A DNA stretch of 64,000 nucleotides. Source: Halocafeteria seosinensis (taxonomy: Eukaryota). Below, piece by piece: positions 12,504 to 24,270 of the stretch. Position numbers and translations under genes: made by a program. Each line of letters starts with the position of its first letter. The stretch's first letter is position 1. The DNA is taken from contig LVLI01000327.1 in assembly GCA_001687465.1 (NCBI GenBank), forward strand, positions 1-64,000, given 5' to 3'. Below the pieces are notes generated by a model. That model had not been told where the DNA came from. It ran no database searches and saw only the letters and a list, made by a program, of their open reading frames with translations.

Positions 12504-15500
12504 CTATGTCCGCCGTTGATACGCACAAACTGCGACGCAAGACATGAAAAGTAATGTAACGACCCAGAGGGTTCCATGCGTGCGTTCTCCGGCAGCAAAC
12601 GCAGTCACTGCGTTTAGTCAATAAATATAACTTTGGCTCTGTTTTGTCAATGCCATGTTTAACATCGCGTACCGAACGAGCAATCCGTTCCTTCGTAGTG
12701 TGCCCAGACAATGCTCCGATTGTATGGGTTTAGAATCGCGTTACACTTGCAACCACCCTCAATACATTCGCCGTTTGGATAAGAGCAGTTGTTTAAGCAA
12801 GGTTCTGCATAGGCTCGTGAATTATGAACGTTAGTGATGATGCCCTATCCAGAGTACGTACGCGCGTCACATCTCTCTCCCGTCCAGCCGGGGTTGCATA
12901 TGCAGCGAGACACAGGGAACTCCACACTGCACCAACCATGTCCACTGCAATTTCCGGGACAGTTAACTGCCAGGATACGCCAAGGCAACGTCTACGTCTC
13001 TCAAGAATAGGAACCCAAGCACCTATTAATCGCTTACCGGAGGAGCAATCCTCGGATATGTATGGAGGTCGGCATTGGCATTGTCCGTAACCATCACAGA
13101 TACCGTTGCTTTGACCTGGTTCCTCTAGTGTACACTGTTGCTTTCGCTCTCGAAAGACGTACTCTGTTAGGCCTTTGGCATCAAATCCCGCGTGACAACA
13201 ATGCGTGCAATATTGTCGATGAAGCACTTGATCGGTGTAGCAAAAATCCCCGGGGCAGGTAACTGCGAGGTTAAAGGAAGTAATCATCGCGTCCGCACCG
13301 GAGATAGCCATCACCGTGGAAACGTACCGTTCGAGCAGTCGATCCCATAATAACCGTCTCTACAATAACAGAACCCGAAGAAGCAATCGCCGTTATTGTT
13401 GCAGTTTGACGGACATTTGTCGATAAAATATGCCCATAAGTCTCCTTTAGCTTCCAAAGGGTGTGATTTACCTACAGACCGTTCTTGCTCTCTTGCGAAT
13501 CCGAAGCCTCCGAAAAGCAGCATGAGTCTGTGCTTTCTACTAAACAGTGCTCGGTGGTTTTCCCTTTGGGAAGGTTGTCGCCATAAGAGCTTGTTCGTTA
13601 GATCTGTTCTTCCATCGCTTCGATCTCTGCAGCCGTCCCATCCCGGAGCTCGTCTACGTGGTTGCTTAACAAATACGCTCGAAGAAGCTCTACCCTCCTC
13701 GCCATCCACTGGAAATCCCCGTGTTGGCTCTCCATATACTGAGCGAGATTGAATAAAATCCATACCGTCACCCAAACGAAAAGAATCGGATGTGCACGAA
13801 GCAGGGAATTCCGCATGCACGAAAGTCTCCTTTTCGATCCACCGGTTTACGGCTGCCAAATTCAAATTCAAGGGAAGTAGATAGGCGAGAAAGGGAAAAA
13901 TTGTTCATACATGCAACTGACTAGTATTGTATATCCAAAAGTCATTAAAGAAAAAGTTGGAGCTGAATCCGCCAAACAGTACGAGGAAGTTGAAACCCGT
14001 CACCAGAGAATGTCCTCTTCTTGATTGTGGTTTGTGGCCGGTAGCAGGTTTGATTTCTGACCATTCACCCGTCGCTGCCAAAACATGAAAATTCAGTTTA
14101 ATTTCAAAAGGTATATCGGTATGCCTCTCAAGGCGTATGTACAGTGCTTACCAAAATCGTACTTCCAGAAGTCACTTAGGAAGTTCACATCCAGTCCATA
14201 GGGGGAAGTGCCTGTGGAGCTCCTTGTCGAGGTTCCTGACTCTGCGCCTACCCCATCTCGGTACGGATAAGGAAAGAAAGAATAAAAGCCTCCATGCAAA
14301 AAGAGCTGTCCATTATATATGCTCGAGGCAGCGTTCGCACGCCCTTGTGGCCAGAAGATCGTGCATGTTACTTCCTCGCTGCGGTTAAACTTAAACCCAG
14401 GGGTGTTAAAACAAGTTTCGCGGGGAAGTAGTTGAGTCCATATGTGTTCCTCTGAAATCATGAGGGTTCGAATTAGTTATGTGGCAACATCAGTACATGC
14501 TCCTGGGAAAATAACTTACCTATGTCATAGGCCCAAAAATCATCAAGAAACCCACCAAAGGGGAAGCGCGTGGTGTCCTCCCATAAATTACGGAAGGAGT
14601 TCTCCTGAGAGAGGCCGTGCCATATTCGTTGACCACCAAAAATGAACAACTGACCCCCAACAGCAGTGGCTGCGAATTTCCACCGTTTCCCGGGACCACT
14701 TCTTCCTAATGACCCTTTTTCTTCCCATTCGCAAGGACCTCCCGCAACACACGATGTGATATTTATCTGCCACATATCGTCACAGAAGTCCTGGCACTTA
14801 TGGGCAAACCCTCCGTAGACAAACATTATTCTGCGTAACATGCCGTACAGTTCCTCTCAAACAGCAAGAATCACGCCTGGTGGACCAGCTTACCCGTCGT
14901 CCGAAATAGCAGCCCCATGTTCGTATCGTTCCCACGGATGGGTGCAGTTCTCTTGATTTTCTACGAAGGTGCACCCTCCGAAAGGTTCCCCTGGATCTAA
15001 CTGTGTCCATCCATTTCCGGTGCATCCGCGGTCGTCCGTGCGCTCACAGGCTGTGTATTGTCATTGTCGAGTTGTGGGAGTACCTAGCGTGCCACAAAAA
15101 GAACGTCACTGCTCACCTAAATTGTAGATCCAAAGATCGTTGAGGTACACCCCTTGTAAAATCTCATGGCACTCATTGAACTCTTCTGTTCCTTCTTCTG
15201 CCCCGTCACATTCGTTTAAAGGATCAACGATGAAATCTGTGAATCGTAAGGTGCCATTAATACTGCCCACTCTATTCGCTCTAGGGATATGGATCACAGT
15301 TTCTTCAGTAGACTTTCCCCCAAATAGGACAGCGTAGTCCCCCCATAGTTCCCAAGAATGACCCTCTCTCTCCACGGGACCGTCGCCTATCCATTGCCAT
15401 CTTTCCCAGGCGGCAGCTCCTGCGCATCCTTCAAGTGCGTTTGTCGATATCTTGTCAGCACGCAGTCTGCCCCACTTACCGGAGAGCAAGAGAATTAGTA

Positions 15501-15534
15501 CCCACAGATACGTTACCAGTCCTGGCTGCTTCAT
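12504..15534 (-). CDS. Secreted/membrane-anchored Kelch-repeat plus EGF-like repeat protein
   Basis: N-terminal signal (MKQPGLVTYLWVLILLLS). Kelch motifs REGHS..VLFGG, YLNDLWIY, MFVYGG, LFIFGG and LFLHGG. EGF motifs CPSNCNNNGDCFFGFCYCRDGYYGIDCS and CPGNCSGHGWC. The last exon gives a hydrophobic tail LWVVTLLFMSCVAVCA and TAG at 12504-12506. Confidence 0.85.
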
Positions 15535-15817
15535 TTTCTGTATTCCCTACGTGCTGATTGTCTATATCTACCTAGCACCAACGACTAGTAAGTCGGTAGC
15601 ACTTCCATGGCTCCCAAGAAGATGACACGTTGCACCCACTGAGCGAAATCAAAGGATGGACCAAGAAAAAGGTGAAACAATATTAGCGGGTGTCACGAGC
15701 AATGGATGTTATCATCATCGTAGCTTTTAAGTATGTAACTTGGAAGAGACTCAGCTGTTCATTTGCCTTGTTAGTTGAAGTTATAGCTCACAGCGCTTGG
15801 GCTTCAAGATTACCAGT

Positions 15818-18800
15818 TTAGGAGGATAACTGTTGCCGTACACAACGCATGACAGCATCGGCGTATCCCTTATCAGCCGTCTTGACAGTGACCCCTAGCG
15901 TTCCCCCTGAAATTCGTACATGCAGCAACGCCGATGTACTATCATCGCGAGAATCCATTAACTTCCCTGCTGCAATCGCCTCAGACGCTGCAAAGTAAAA
16001 GTAGATACTGTTAAACAGTGTCCTGTCAATTAGTTCAACGAGAAACTAACTTACTTTGCTTAATCATCTCGACTGGATAAAGGTGAAGCTTCTTCGTTGC
16101 GGCGTCCATGAACTCATCAGGAGAGGAGATCCTCGACGGGAACGTATCAGTGGCTTGATGGGCCATGAACTGCTGTTGCCAGAGATTACCGAAATACGGG
16201 GTTCCCATTTTGGCAGGACGAATTATATCTATTATCGGCAGCGGTATTTTCTCCGAAACTCTTCGCCCACGAAGTGAGAGTGAGCACTGTAATTCCGACG
16301 AATGCGGAGCATTGCATAGCGTAAATCGGAATGCACACGTAGTGTGCTCTCCAGAGTCGAGCGTACCCAAAGAGGCAGTTGAGCCATTTCCTTGGACGCC
16401 ATGCAGGGTAGCTTTTAAGAATGACGGTGCTGCACATTGTAATGACAAGTCACCTGTTGGTTCGCTTCCACTATTTGCAACGCTAAATACTATCGCAAGG
16501 CAATGTTCAGAGTAGTACTTATGATAACCAACTGATACCGCAGAAGAGTTCTCTGTAAGCAGCAGCTCGTGACTTTCTTGGGGGTACCTGACTGCGCCTT
16601 CAACACCTAGTGAAACAATCAAGCTCTGTGGGGTCGGAACCGAAGTAACATCGACTGTTCTAGTTGGTGCAACCGCCTGAGGTTGTGATACTGCTTGAGG
16701 CTGCTGGGTCCCAACATCAAAATCAAGGCCGAGAATATCGGGCTCAGCATCCTGAGAACTGCCTTGCGGCGGGGTGTTACGGGTCGAACCTTGGGGCGCT
16801 GGAGGAGCTCGAGTTGTACGGCGACGCTCTCTGGCTTTGGCACGTGACGTTCGCATTGAAGCGGCTGTAGAGTTTCCCGAAATACCTCCGAAAAGCGCCT
16901 GCGCTTCTTTTTCCTTTTCTGAAAGCTCTGGGGGTTTCGGCGGCTCCACAGGAGCGCTGTTTGCAGTTCCTTCATCAGCATGACTTGGTGGTTCCCCAGG
17001 TTCTTCCTGCGGTTGTTTGCTACTATCATTTGCACCCCAAGGACCGGAACTCTCCTCTATTGAAGAAGCATAGTCCCAAGGTCGTTTAGATGCAGCAGCT
17101 TCAGTAGCTTCAGGAGACCTACTCGGTTCCTCTTTCTCATGCTTCTTAGAGCCTACCCAACCTTGCTCTCCCCATGGTCCGGCAACATCGTCAAACTTTA
17201 GTTCACCACCTCCTTCATGAGATTCCTGGCTTTGCTCTACTACAGGCTCACTGGGTATCGTGAAATTTTGCGTATCTGGTGCTTCGTAGGCATCCACTTT
17301 AAGTTGTTGCTTTGCAGAAGACTTTGCAGACGGTAACATTGTTACACCCTGGTCGACATCTTGCGGCGGAGAGTATGGCTTTGCTCCAGCGGACAATGCA
17401 TTGTTTACGTAAGTGTTCAAGAAACTGAGGTCTTTATCTACTTCAATATCTTCACAACTAGCATCCACCGGCAAGACTTCTCGAGCGACGTCCATGCGAG
17501 CTGAAAGTGCCTTGAACTCAGCGCAGCGTTGAGCCAGATCCACGTCCTTCGAGCAATAGTACTTATCGGCAAGCTTCTGTACCTCCGGAAGGACTTTGCC
17601 CAATTGAGCAGTCAACTTGGACAAAGCTGTAACACCGTAACTGCGAGTGCTCGAAGAGAGCGATTGCCGGCTCGTCAATTTTACCACATTCTTTGTAATT
17701 TCCGTCAAAGATTGAGAATCTGAAAGGTATCCGTATTCACCCAAGACCCAGAAAAGTACTTGAAGAAGGGTATCTGATAGCTGCGGCCGGTCAATCAAAT
17801 CTAAGTACGTTTCGACGGCCTCTACTCGGAGTTCTTTGTCAGCTTCCTCATCCTCCCCGGTGCCTTCTGCGATAAGCCGGATTAAGTTATGAGCCATCTC
17901 CGGCTTCACTAAATCACCACCTAGTTCAAAAACGGAGGTCATTGTTTGAATGTACCATGTGTTGCTGGGTGCAAACCGTTCCGCTGCTTGGGATATTCGC
18001 TCTACCAAATCCGCGCGCAGGTACGAATCGTCTGACGCATCCAAATGCTCCAATAACTTATCAATTATAACCTCGACGTTCACAGGATTCACCATCTGAT
18101 ACAGGAGGTCCAATGTTCGTCGTTTCAAGGTGTCATCAGTATCCTGTAGACAGTCAATCACTGTCAACTGATGTTCATTGGCGTACTTCGGGTGATCCTT
18201 TACAATCGAGGCCAAGCCTGTAACTCCTAAATACTTGAGGTTGTGGTTCTCATTAGAAATAAATCTGCCGATACTTGAGGCCGCTGCATCTAAAAGAGTG
18301 GGATTCGGATATATGGATGTGACCGTTCGTACACATTCGTAAACAACAGCATATCCAATGTTAATCCCTGTATCAGCCCGCCTCATAACCTCCAGCAGTA
18401 CTTCATACATTTGCTCTGAGGAGTTCTTGTCTCCGTGACCAAGTGTGGCGAGGATTCGCAGAAGACGCATTTGAATCCACGGAGCAGGCATCTTATGGTA
18501 ATTATAATCATTCGGTAAACGCAATTCGGTAATTTGCTTCAGTATAGAGACAAACGACGGTACAAGGTCCTTATAGCTTTCCGGGTCCTCGACGGCCATG
18601 TCATAGAAAAGATGCAAACTTGCTCCCATGACAGAAGGATCAGTATCACACAGACACCGTCTCAACTGCTCATTCAAATGTGTTATGGCGGTCTTATCTA
18701 GCTGATAAAAGCGGTGAAGCAACATGATTGCCTTTTTACGAACGATAGCTCTGTAAGCTCAATCCAATGAGCCAAGGTGAAGACGAGCAAAAAGAACCTA

Positions 18801-19494
18801 TTTAACAGAAGCTCCAACTTACTGTTCATGCTTCAAGCACTTTTCTTCTGCAAGAGGAAGAAGAGCAGGTATCATATCATTTGTCGCCAGCTTGGTTGCC
18901 GCGGTCAGACCCGCGCAAATTTCTAGGACATTGGTTGACTGCATATCCTGCTGGAGTCTATTCACCAGCATGATTCTAAACTCATTCTCAGGGGAAAGAC
19001 ACAAACACGCAGCGAGATACCCTGGAACTCATTCACAGATTGGAGAAATATAAAAATACTGGCTAAAGTGTCCGCCACATAGCTAGACGTACCAACTCTC
19101 TTTTCGAGGAGGTTAGGGCTTGCAGTTAGTTCTACAGCTTTGATGTAGCCGAACGATGCATCATGGCCAAGCATCTCCACATACAACATACGAATCAAAA
19201 ATTCTTTCAGCTTTTTCTGCGCAAATGAATGGCAACATGGCCGGTTTATGTGCTTTTAAGTGGAGAGAGCCGCAGCACGACGTACCGAGGACAGTTTAGA
19301 ATCATTGAGCTGCTTTTTGAGTTTGCCCACTTCTTCCACAACGATCCGATCTTCCTCCTGCACGAAAATGATTCCCAGTAAACATACAAACGATGCCCCT
19401 CCACACTCAATAAAGTCCTTACTTGTTTCGATTTGCTCTCGCCAATGGCTTTGACGAGGTCAAAGAATTCCTTTGTCAAGTGAGACCCCGACAT
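15818..19494 (-). CDS. AP4E1: AP-4 adaptor complex subunit epsilon
   Basis: MSGSHLTKEFFDLVKAIGESKSKQEEDRI, LIRMLYVEMLGHDASFGYIKAV, YNYHKMPAPWIQ and VLPVDASCEDIEVD are characteristic of epsilon-adaptin. The final exon after the intron at ~15990-16053 ends with TAA at 15818-15820. Confidence 0.93.
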
Positions 19495-20135
19495 TTTGGT
19501 GCAGCAACGGTCCTACGAGACAGAGTACTAAAAGATTATAGACTGCCCCTTCTATATTAGCCGGTATCCTGAATGCTAGACACGTATTTGCCTCGGTTTA
19601 TGGGTCTTAGTTTCCTCTTCTGCGGACCCAAAGGCAAGGAAGCCAATCTTCTCTTTGGATACTGTTTGCTCAAGATTCCGTCACGAAGCAGCAGACGACA
19701 ACTGCCACTAAGTACAGTAAACTTTGATCAAGAAAGATAGCGGAAAATCAGACAGAATAACACTCTATAAAGGGGAGAAACTACGCCCTTCATGGCCCCC
19801 TTATTGATGGTTCTTCAGAAAAGTCGACGGAAAGTTTGCCTGGTACCCACGGCATCTCTCTTGCGGGGCGGCGCAGGCTTTCGTGTCCCCTGTTGACTCC
19901 CCTTTGGCTAGATACCCGATACTTTTTGTGGGTTTTCCGCTGTTGCTTCGGCGCGGGAGTTCGGCCCGGGTCCGGACTCTTCCCCGCCTCCTCCGTGCCA
20001 TGGTAGCGCCCCACCCTCAAAAAGCTTGGTTTGGGTGGATTTGTCACTGCTTTCAGAGGCTGTTTAGAGCAGTTTAGACTCGACCTCACGTCCTTTTTTG
20101 TGCCGGAGACGAAAGACCATCGAGAATACTTTACA

Positions 20136-21428
20136 ATGTTCCGTCGTTTGATGTATGAAACCGGGCGTATGCTGCGTGAAACAGGCCAAGCAGTGGACCG
20201 TGTTGGCCTGCGCGCATTGGAAAATCCCATATACAGAGAGCCTTGTATGTTGTTTGTGTACACTATACTTCACCGAAGAATTATATCACGAATTTGCGCG
20301 GCTGTGCTTGTGTCTTGAATTTGATTGCAGTCTCGCGACATAGAGCCGTAATGAACCTATACGAGAAGCACCCGAGCTTGTCTCCGGATACATTTGTGGC
20401 TCCGAATGCTTCTGTTATTGGGAATGTGTTATGTGGACGCAAGACCGTCGTTTGGTACGGTGCTGTTGTTAGAGGTAAGGATTGGCTACCAAATGTGCGC
20501 GTAGCTGCCTACCCCTTGCGCGGATGTCGGGAAACCGGTTGGAACTCATTTGCAACGCAGCTGATATAAATAATATAACGATAGGAGACAATTCTGTTGT
20601 AGGTGATCGAGCGGTCATTCACACATCGAAAAGTGTAGAAGGGAAAGATGAAGCCAACTGCGAAATTGGTAGGAACGTTCGGATTGGTATGTTCGCATTT
20701 CTCAACGGGACTGACTGGGTTCATATATATCGTACGATGGTTACTCTCTTTTTGTAGTCCAGGCCCTGGTGCCATGCTTCAGTCCTGCAAGATTGATGAC
20801 AATGTTCAAATAGGTGCCGGTGCGGTGATCATGGATGGTGCTATTGTCGAAGAGTACTCCCAAGTAGCAGAGGGAGCTGTTGTCCACGGAGGCCGACGTA
20901 TACCTTCCGGACAGGTATGGGGACAACGTGTAGCTTGTTTTGTTGTCATTGTTGTTAATCGTGCTAACTGTTGACTCTTCAGCTCTGGGCCGGCAACCCC
21001 GCTGCGTATGTGCGTTCGTTGACGAAAACAGAAATGGCGGATTTCGAGCCTGCTGCGCATAAGGAAACGGACTTAGCGGAGGAACACAAGGCAGAGTTTC
21101 TGCCATATACAACAGTCTACCAACAAGCCGAACAATTGGGAGTTGCGGATCCTGTAAGTTTACTCACCGCGACTTCCTCCCTGTAGGATCTTTCTCACCA
21201 ATGTGCCTGTTCGACTTACAGAGATTACAAGAAATCCATCAGCAACAAGCGCAAAAGGACGCTGGAAAAGAGAACGTACGAGAGCTAACAGAACACGAGA
21301 TCGAAGTTGAGAACGTGGTTAAGCCGCGAGAGGGTTTCCAGCCTCCTCCAGGCAAGACTTTAGCGGATTCGGCTAAGCATAGAGAAGCTGTCCAACGAGG
21401 TGAGAGCAAATTACCGCGTCGTTATTAA
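20136..21428 (+). CDS. Mitochondrial gamma-carbonic anhydrase(-like) subunit of complex I type
   Basis: MFRRLMYETGRMLRETGQAVDRVG...LSRHRAVMNL...FVAPNASVIGNV...VWYGAVVRAD, hexapeptide repeats and LWAGNPAAYVR. Five short introns. Confidence 0.92.
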
Positions 21429-21574
21429 TTCTCACTGGCTAGAGTGGTTACGTATTTGGTAGTTAAGCAAAATACACACCGGTAGTAGCTACATGTTATA
21501 TTCGTTTTTCCGCATTGCCCCACCTTGAGATGGTGCGGAGTAACCAGACGGGCAGAGTATTTTTGCTGATTTCT

Positions 21575-24037
21575 CTATATTCTCCTAGCTTCATGCGGCC
21601 TCGGTTTGTGTTTTGTGCCAGTGAAGTCGTCCAGCATGTTCTTGGCAACACTCGAGAGTGATGGCTTACGGTCAAGACCGCTGTGACTATCCTCCTTTTC
21701 TGCATTTTGTCGGGGATCAGAAAGTCTGTACTGTAACTCTCGCTTTCGCGAATCGCGGATAGCCGCTTGCCTGGCGTTCAGCTTCTCGTCTATTTCAGCG
21801 AGGGAATCAAGGAGTTGTCGCTCGGCAATCTTCGCCGACGATTGAGAGAGCAATTCCCGGTTTCTATCAAACGGGTGCATGGCTTTCCGCCGCTCAAATC
21901 TTTGCGCGTTATTAAAAATGTCTTGGTCTGTCTCGGCATCTGCATCGTTCTCTCTCTCAGGAGAGTCTTCGTCACATTCAGTACTTGCCGTTTCTAAGAA
22001 AGAAGATAACTCAGAAGCTGTATCCTTGTCCCTCTCCTTCTTTGATATTCTCTCTCGAACACTTTGCCCGGTTGTTACATTCTTAGAGGACAATGTCAAT
22101 CCTTGCGTTGACTGGCCTCGGCTGAGATGACTGTTTTTGGCAGATGACTTTTCTCTTTCTTCTTCCAGCAATAAGCGCTTCAATTCTTGGAAATCTTGTT
22201 TTTCCTTAGCTGACTTCATTTCTAAATTAACCTCCTCTGCTCTTCGTGAGTTTTCTTCGTCCTTAAGGCGCTCGAGAACTTGAGATTTTAATTGCTCCGC
22301 TGGCATGTTTACCGGACGCTCCCGCATCAACATGTCAATCAACTTATTGATTTTCTTTTCCTTTTTACTTGAGTTGTCTTGTATGTTGCGTCCCATTTTA
22401 GCCCTATTTTTCTGCCGCACGGCCTTGTCGTATTCCATTCTAAGATTGGAGGATTTTTCAGTTCTAGCACTAGTGGCGCTCTCATTATTGCTGGGAGGTT
22501 GTCGCTCTGCATCATTGGAGGACTGTTGCTGACCCACTGGATGTTTATTATCCCGTGAGGTGCATTCCGAGCTTCTAACACTTTGTACCATCATATCGTT
22601 CTGCTCCGTCCTTATGGGTATCTCCTCAAAGAAGTTTGCATTTGTTTGGTGGCTATCCTTTGGCGATCCCGCAGTTTGAGCGCGTTGTACATTGCCCCCA
22701 TGACTTGGCTGCCTTAGCCTCGAATTCGGAAGCGCGTAGTTGTTCTTTACGAAGGTGTCTCTGCGAGCATGGTGCGAAACAGGTTTGCGTCGATGTAGGA
22801 AGGTGCGTGTTTTATGTGTACGCTTGCGGCCGTTTGAGAGGAAAGAATCTTCAGCTGGCCCGGAAGGTGGAAGTGACGACATGGTTGACGTCGTTTGTGC
22901 ATCGTCGTCTTGCTGACCATGACTTGGTTGGGCTGTCGTAGTAGATGAAAACGCATTTGCTACTGTACCGTTGACTGTGTTACTTGCAGCATCACTTGCC
23001 TCGTCGGCATGTGAGCCATCCTCTTGGATGGCACTGGGTGCTACTGATTGATTTCCCTCGTGTGAAGACGGTATTGGAGAAACTCTCGGGTAGTTAAGAT
23101 TATTATGGGGATGTTGGCCTTGTTCCTCAAAGGGAAGGGTCTTTGCCAGTTGTCTCACTCCCGAATACGCTCCTCGGAAACGACCAAACCCACTTGTTTG
23201 GACCATCGGGTGGACATACGAAAACTCTTCGGACTCAGGGGCGGAATTGCCGACATTGTGTTGCGAATGCTGAGTTGGGGAAACTTCTCGAGTGCTAGCA
23301 AAACCGTGATTTGGTAACACTAAACCTTGAGAATGGACCTTGGCACCCTCCCTGTGTACTTCGGAGTTCTTGTCGCAGGGACGGGGAGAACCTGCTGCAT
23401 CATTGTGTTCCGATTCTTGACTACTCAAATACGCGTGCTCATTTCCATTCAGATTGATGCTTAGCTCTAAATCGTTTGCGTAATCTCTAAAGGGATACAA
23501 CAATTTCCTTGGATCTCCCCAAATAGACTGGTCCAACTCAGACTGACTGTCCTCACTGCAAATATCACTCAGCCAACTCGCATCATTCCACCTATTAGAT
23601 CCATCATGCTGTTCTCGTTCGGCGGCTTCGTCCTGATGAGGGGCTACGTTGAATATTGCACTATCATCTTGTGCCTCTGCTTGAGATTGCCTTTGGAACC
23701 CGTAAGTTTCCTGGTTCTTGCCGGGAGAGACCAAGGGCGAAATGGCTCTGGAACTACAGCGTTCCGGTTGTTGCGTTCGGTAGAAGGCATTCTTCTCTTC
23801 ATGCGCATGTATGCATCTGCCGTCGTTGGTCGTGGTATGATGTAGTTTCTCCCCGCGTAGAGGATGTCTGCCGGTAGTGTTGAAGGAATTGCTTAAATCA
23901 AATGTAAATGTGCTGCCTTGGTCCTCTTCTTCTTCCTCATGTTCCGGAATTTCAAAGAATAGCGCATCTTCCGCGTCGGCATCTTGATGAGTGTTATCTT
24001 GAGAGTTATTCCGAGATTGTATAGGGTACATGGTCAT
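21575..24037 (-). CDS. Hypothetical low-complexity (S/Q/E-rich) protein with C-terminal coiled coil
   Basis: Open frame of ~820 codons from the first ATG (MTMYPIQ). No recognisable family motif. Confidence 0.65.
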   Translation of the reverse strand: MTMYPIQSRNNSQDNTHQDADAEDALFFEIPEHEEEEEDQGSTFTFDLSNSFNTTGRHPLRGEKLHHTTTNDGRCIHAHEEKNAFYRTQQPERCSSRAISPLVSPGKNQETYGFQRQSQAEAQDDSAIFNVAPHQDEAAEREQHDGSNRWNDASWLSDICSEDSQSELDQSIWGDPRKLLYPFRDYANDLELSINLNGNEHAYLSSQESEHNDAAGSPRPCDKNSEVHREGAKVHSQGLVLPNHGFASTREVSPTQHSQHNVGNSAPESEEFSYVHPMVQTSGFGRFRGAYSGVRQLAKTLPFEEQGQHPHNNLNYPRVSPIPSSHEGNQSVAPSAIQEDGSHADEASDAASNTVNGTVANAFSSTTTAQPSHGQQDDDAQTTSTMSSLPPSGPAEDSFLSNGRKRTHKTRTFLHRRKPVSHHARRDTFVKNNYALPNSRLRQPSHGGNVQRAQTAGSPKDSHQTNANFFEEIPIRTEQNDMMVQSVRSSECTSRDNKHPVGQQQSSNDAERQPPSNNESATSARTEKSSNLRMEYDKAVRQKNRAKMGRNIQDNSSKKEKKINKLIDMLMRERPVNMPAEQLKSQVLERLKDEENSRRAEEVNLEMKSAKEKQDFQELKRLLLEEEREKSSAKNSHLSRGQSTQGLTLSSKNVTTGQSVRERISKKERDKDTASELSSFLETASTECDEDSPERENDADAETDQDIFNNAQRFERRKAMHPFDRNRELLSQSSAKIAERQLLDSLAEIDEKLNARQAAIRDSRKRELQYRLSDPRQNAEKEDSHSGLDRKPSLSSVAKNMLDDFTGTKHKPRPHEARRI

Positions 24038-24270
24038 CGTAAAGGTCCCTATTGACAGTGAATAATGGTGCTTAACGGCCTGACTCAGCAAGTTGAAGCC
24101 ATTCGCGTACTCGCCTGCACACCAGGGATCTGTTATGTTGCCCCCATATTACTACACATAATGCATGAAATAAACATCAATGTCATATTCAAGCGTCTTG
24201 CTTATATAGCCAACATTCTAAACCGTAGGTGCAACTTCACAAGGAAGTGCAACGATACGGACGAAATGAG

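Noticed and set aside
19790..20263. 157-aa minus-strand ORF in the AP4E/gamma-CA spacer
   Set aside because: It overlaps the gamma-CA first exon antisense and has no recognisable motifs.
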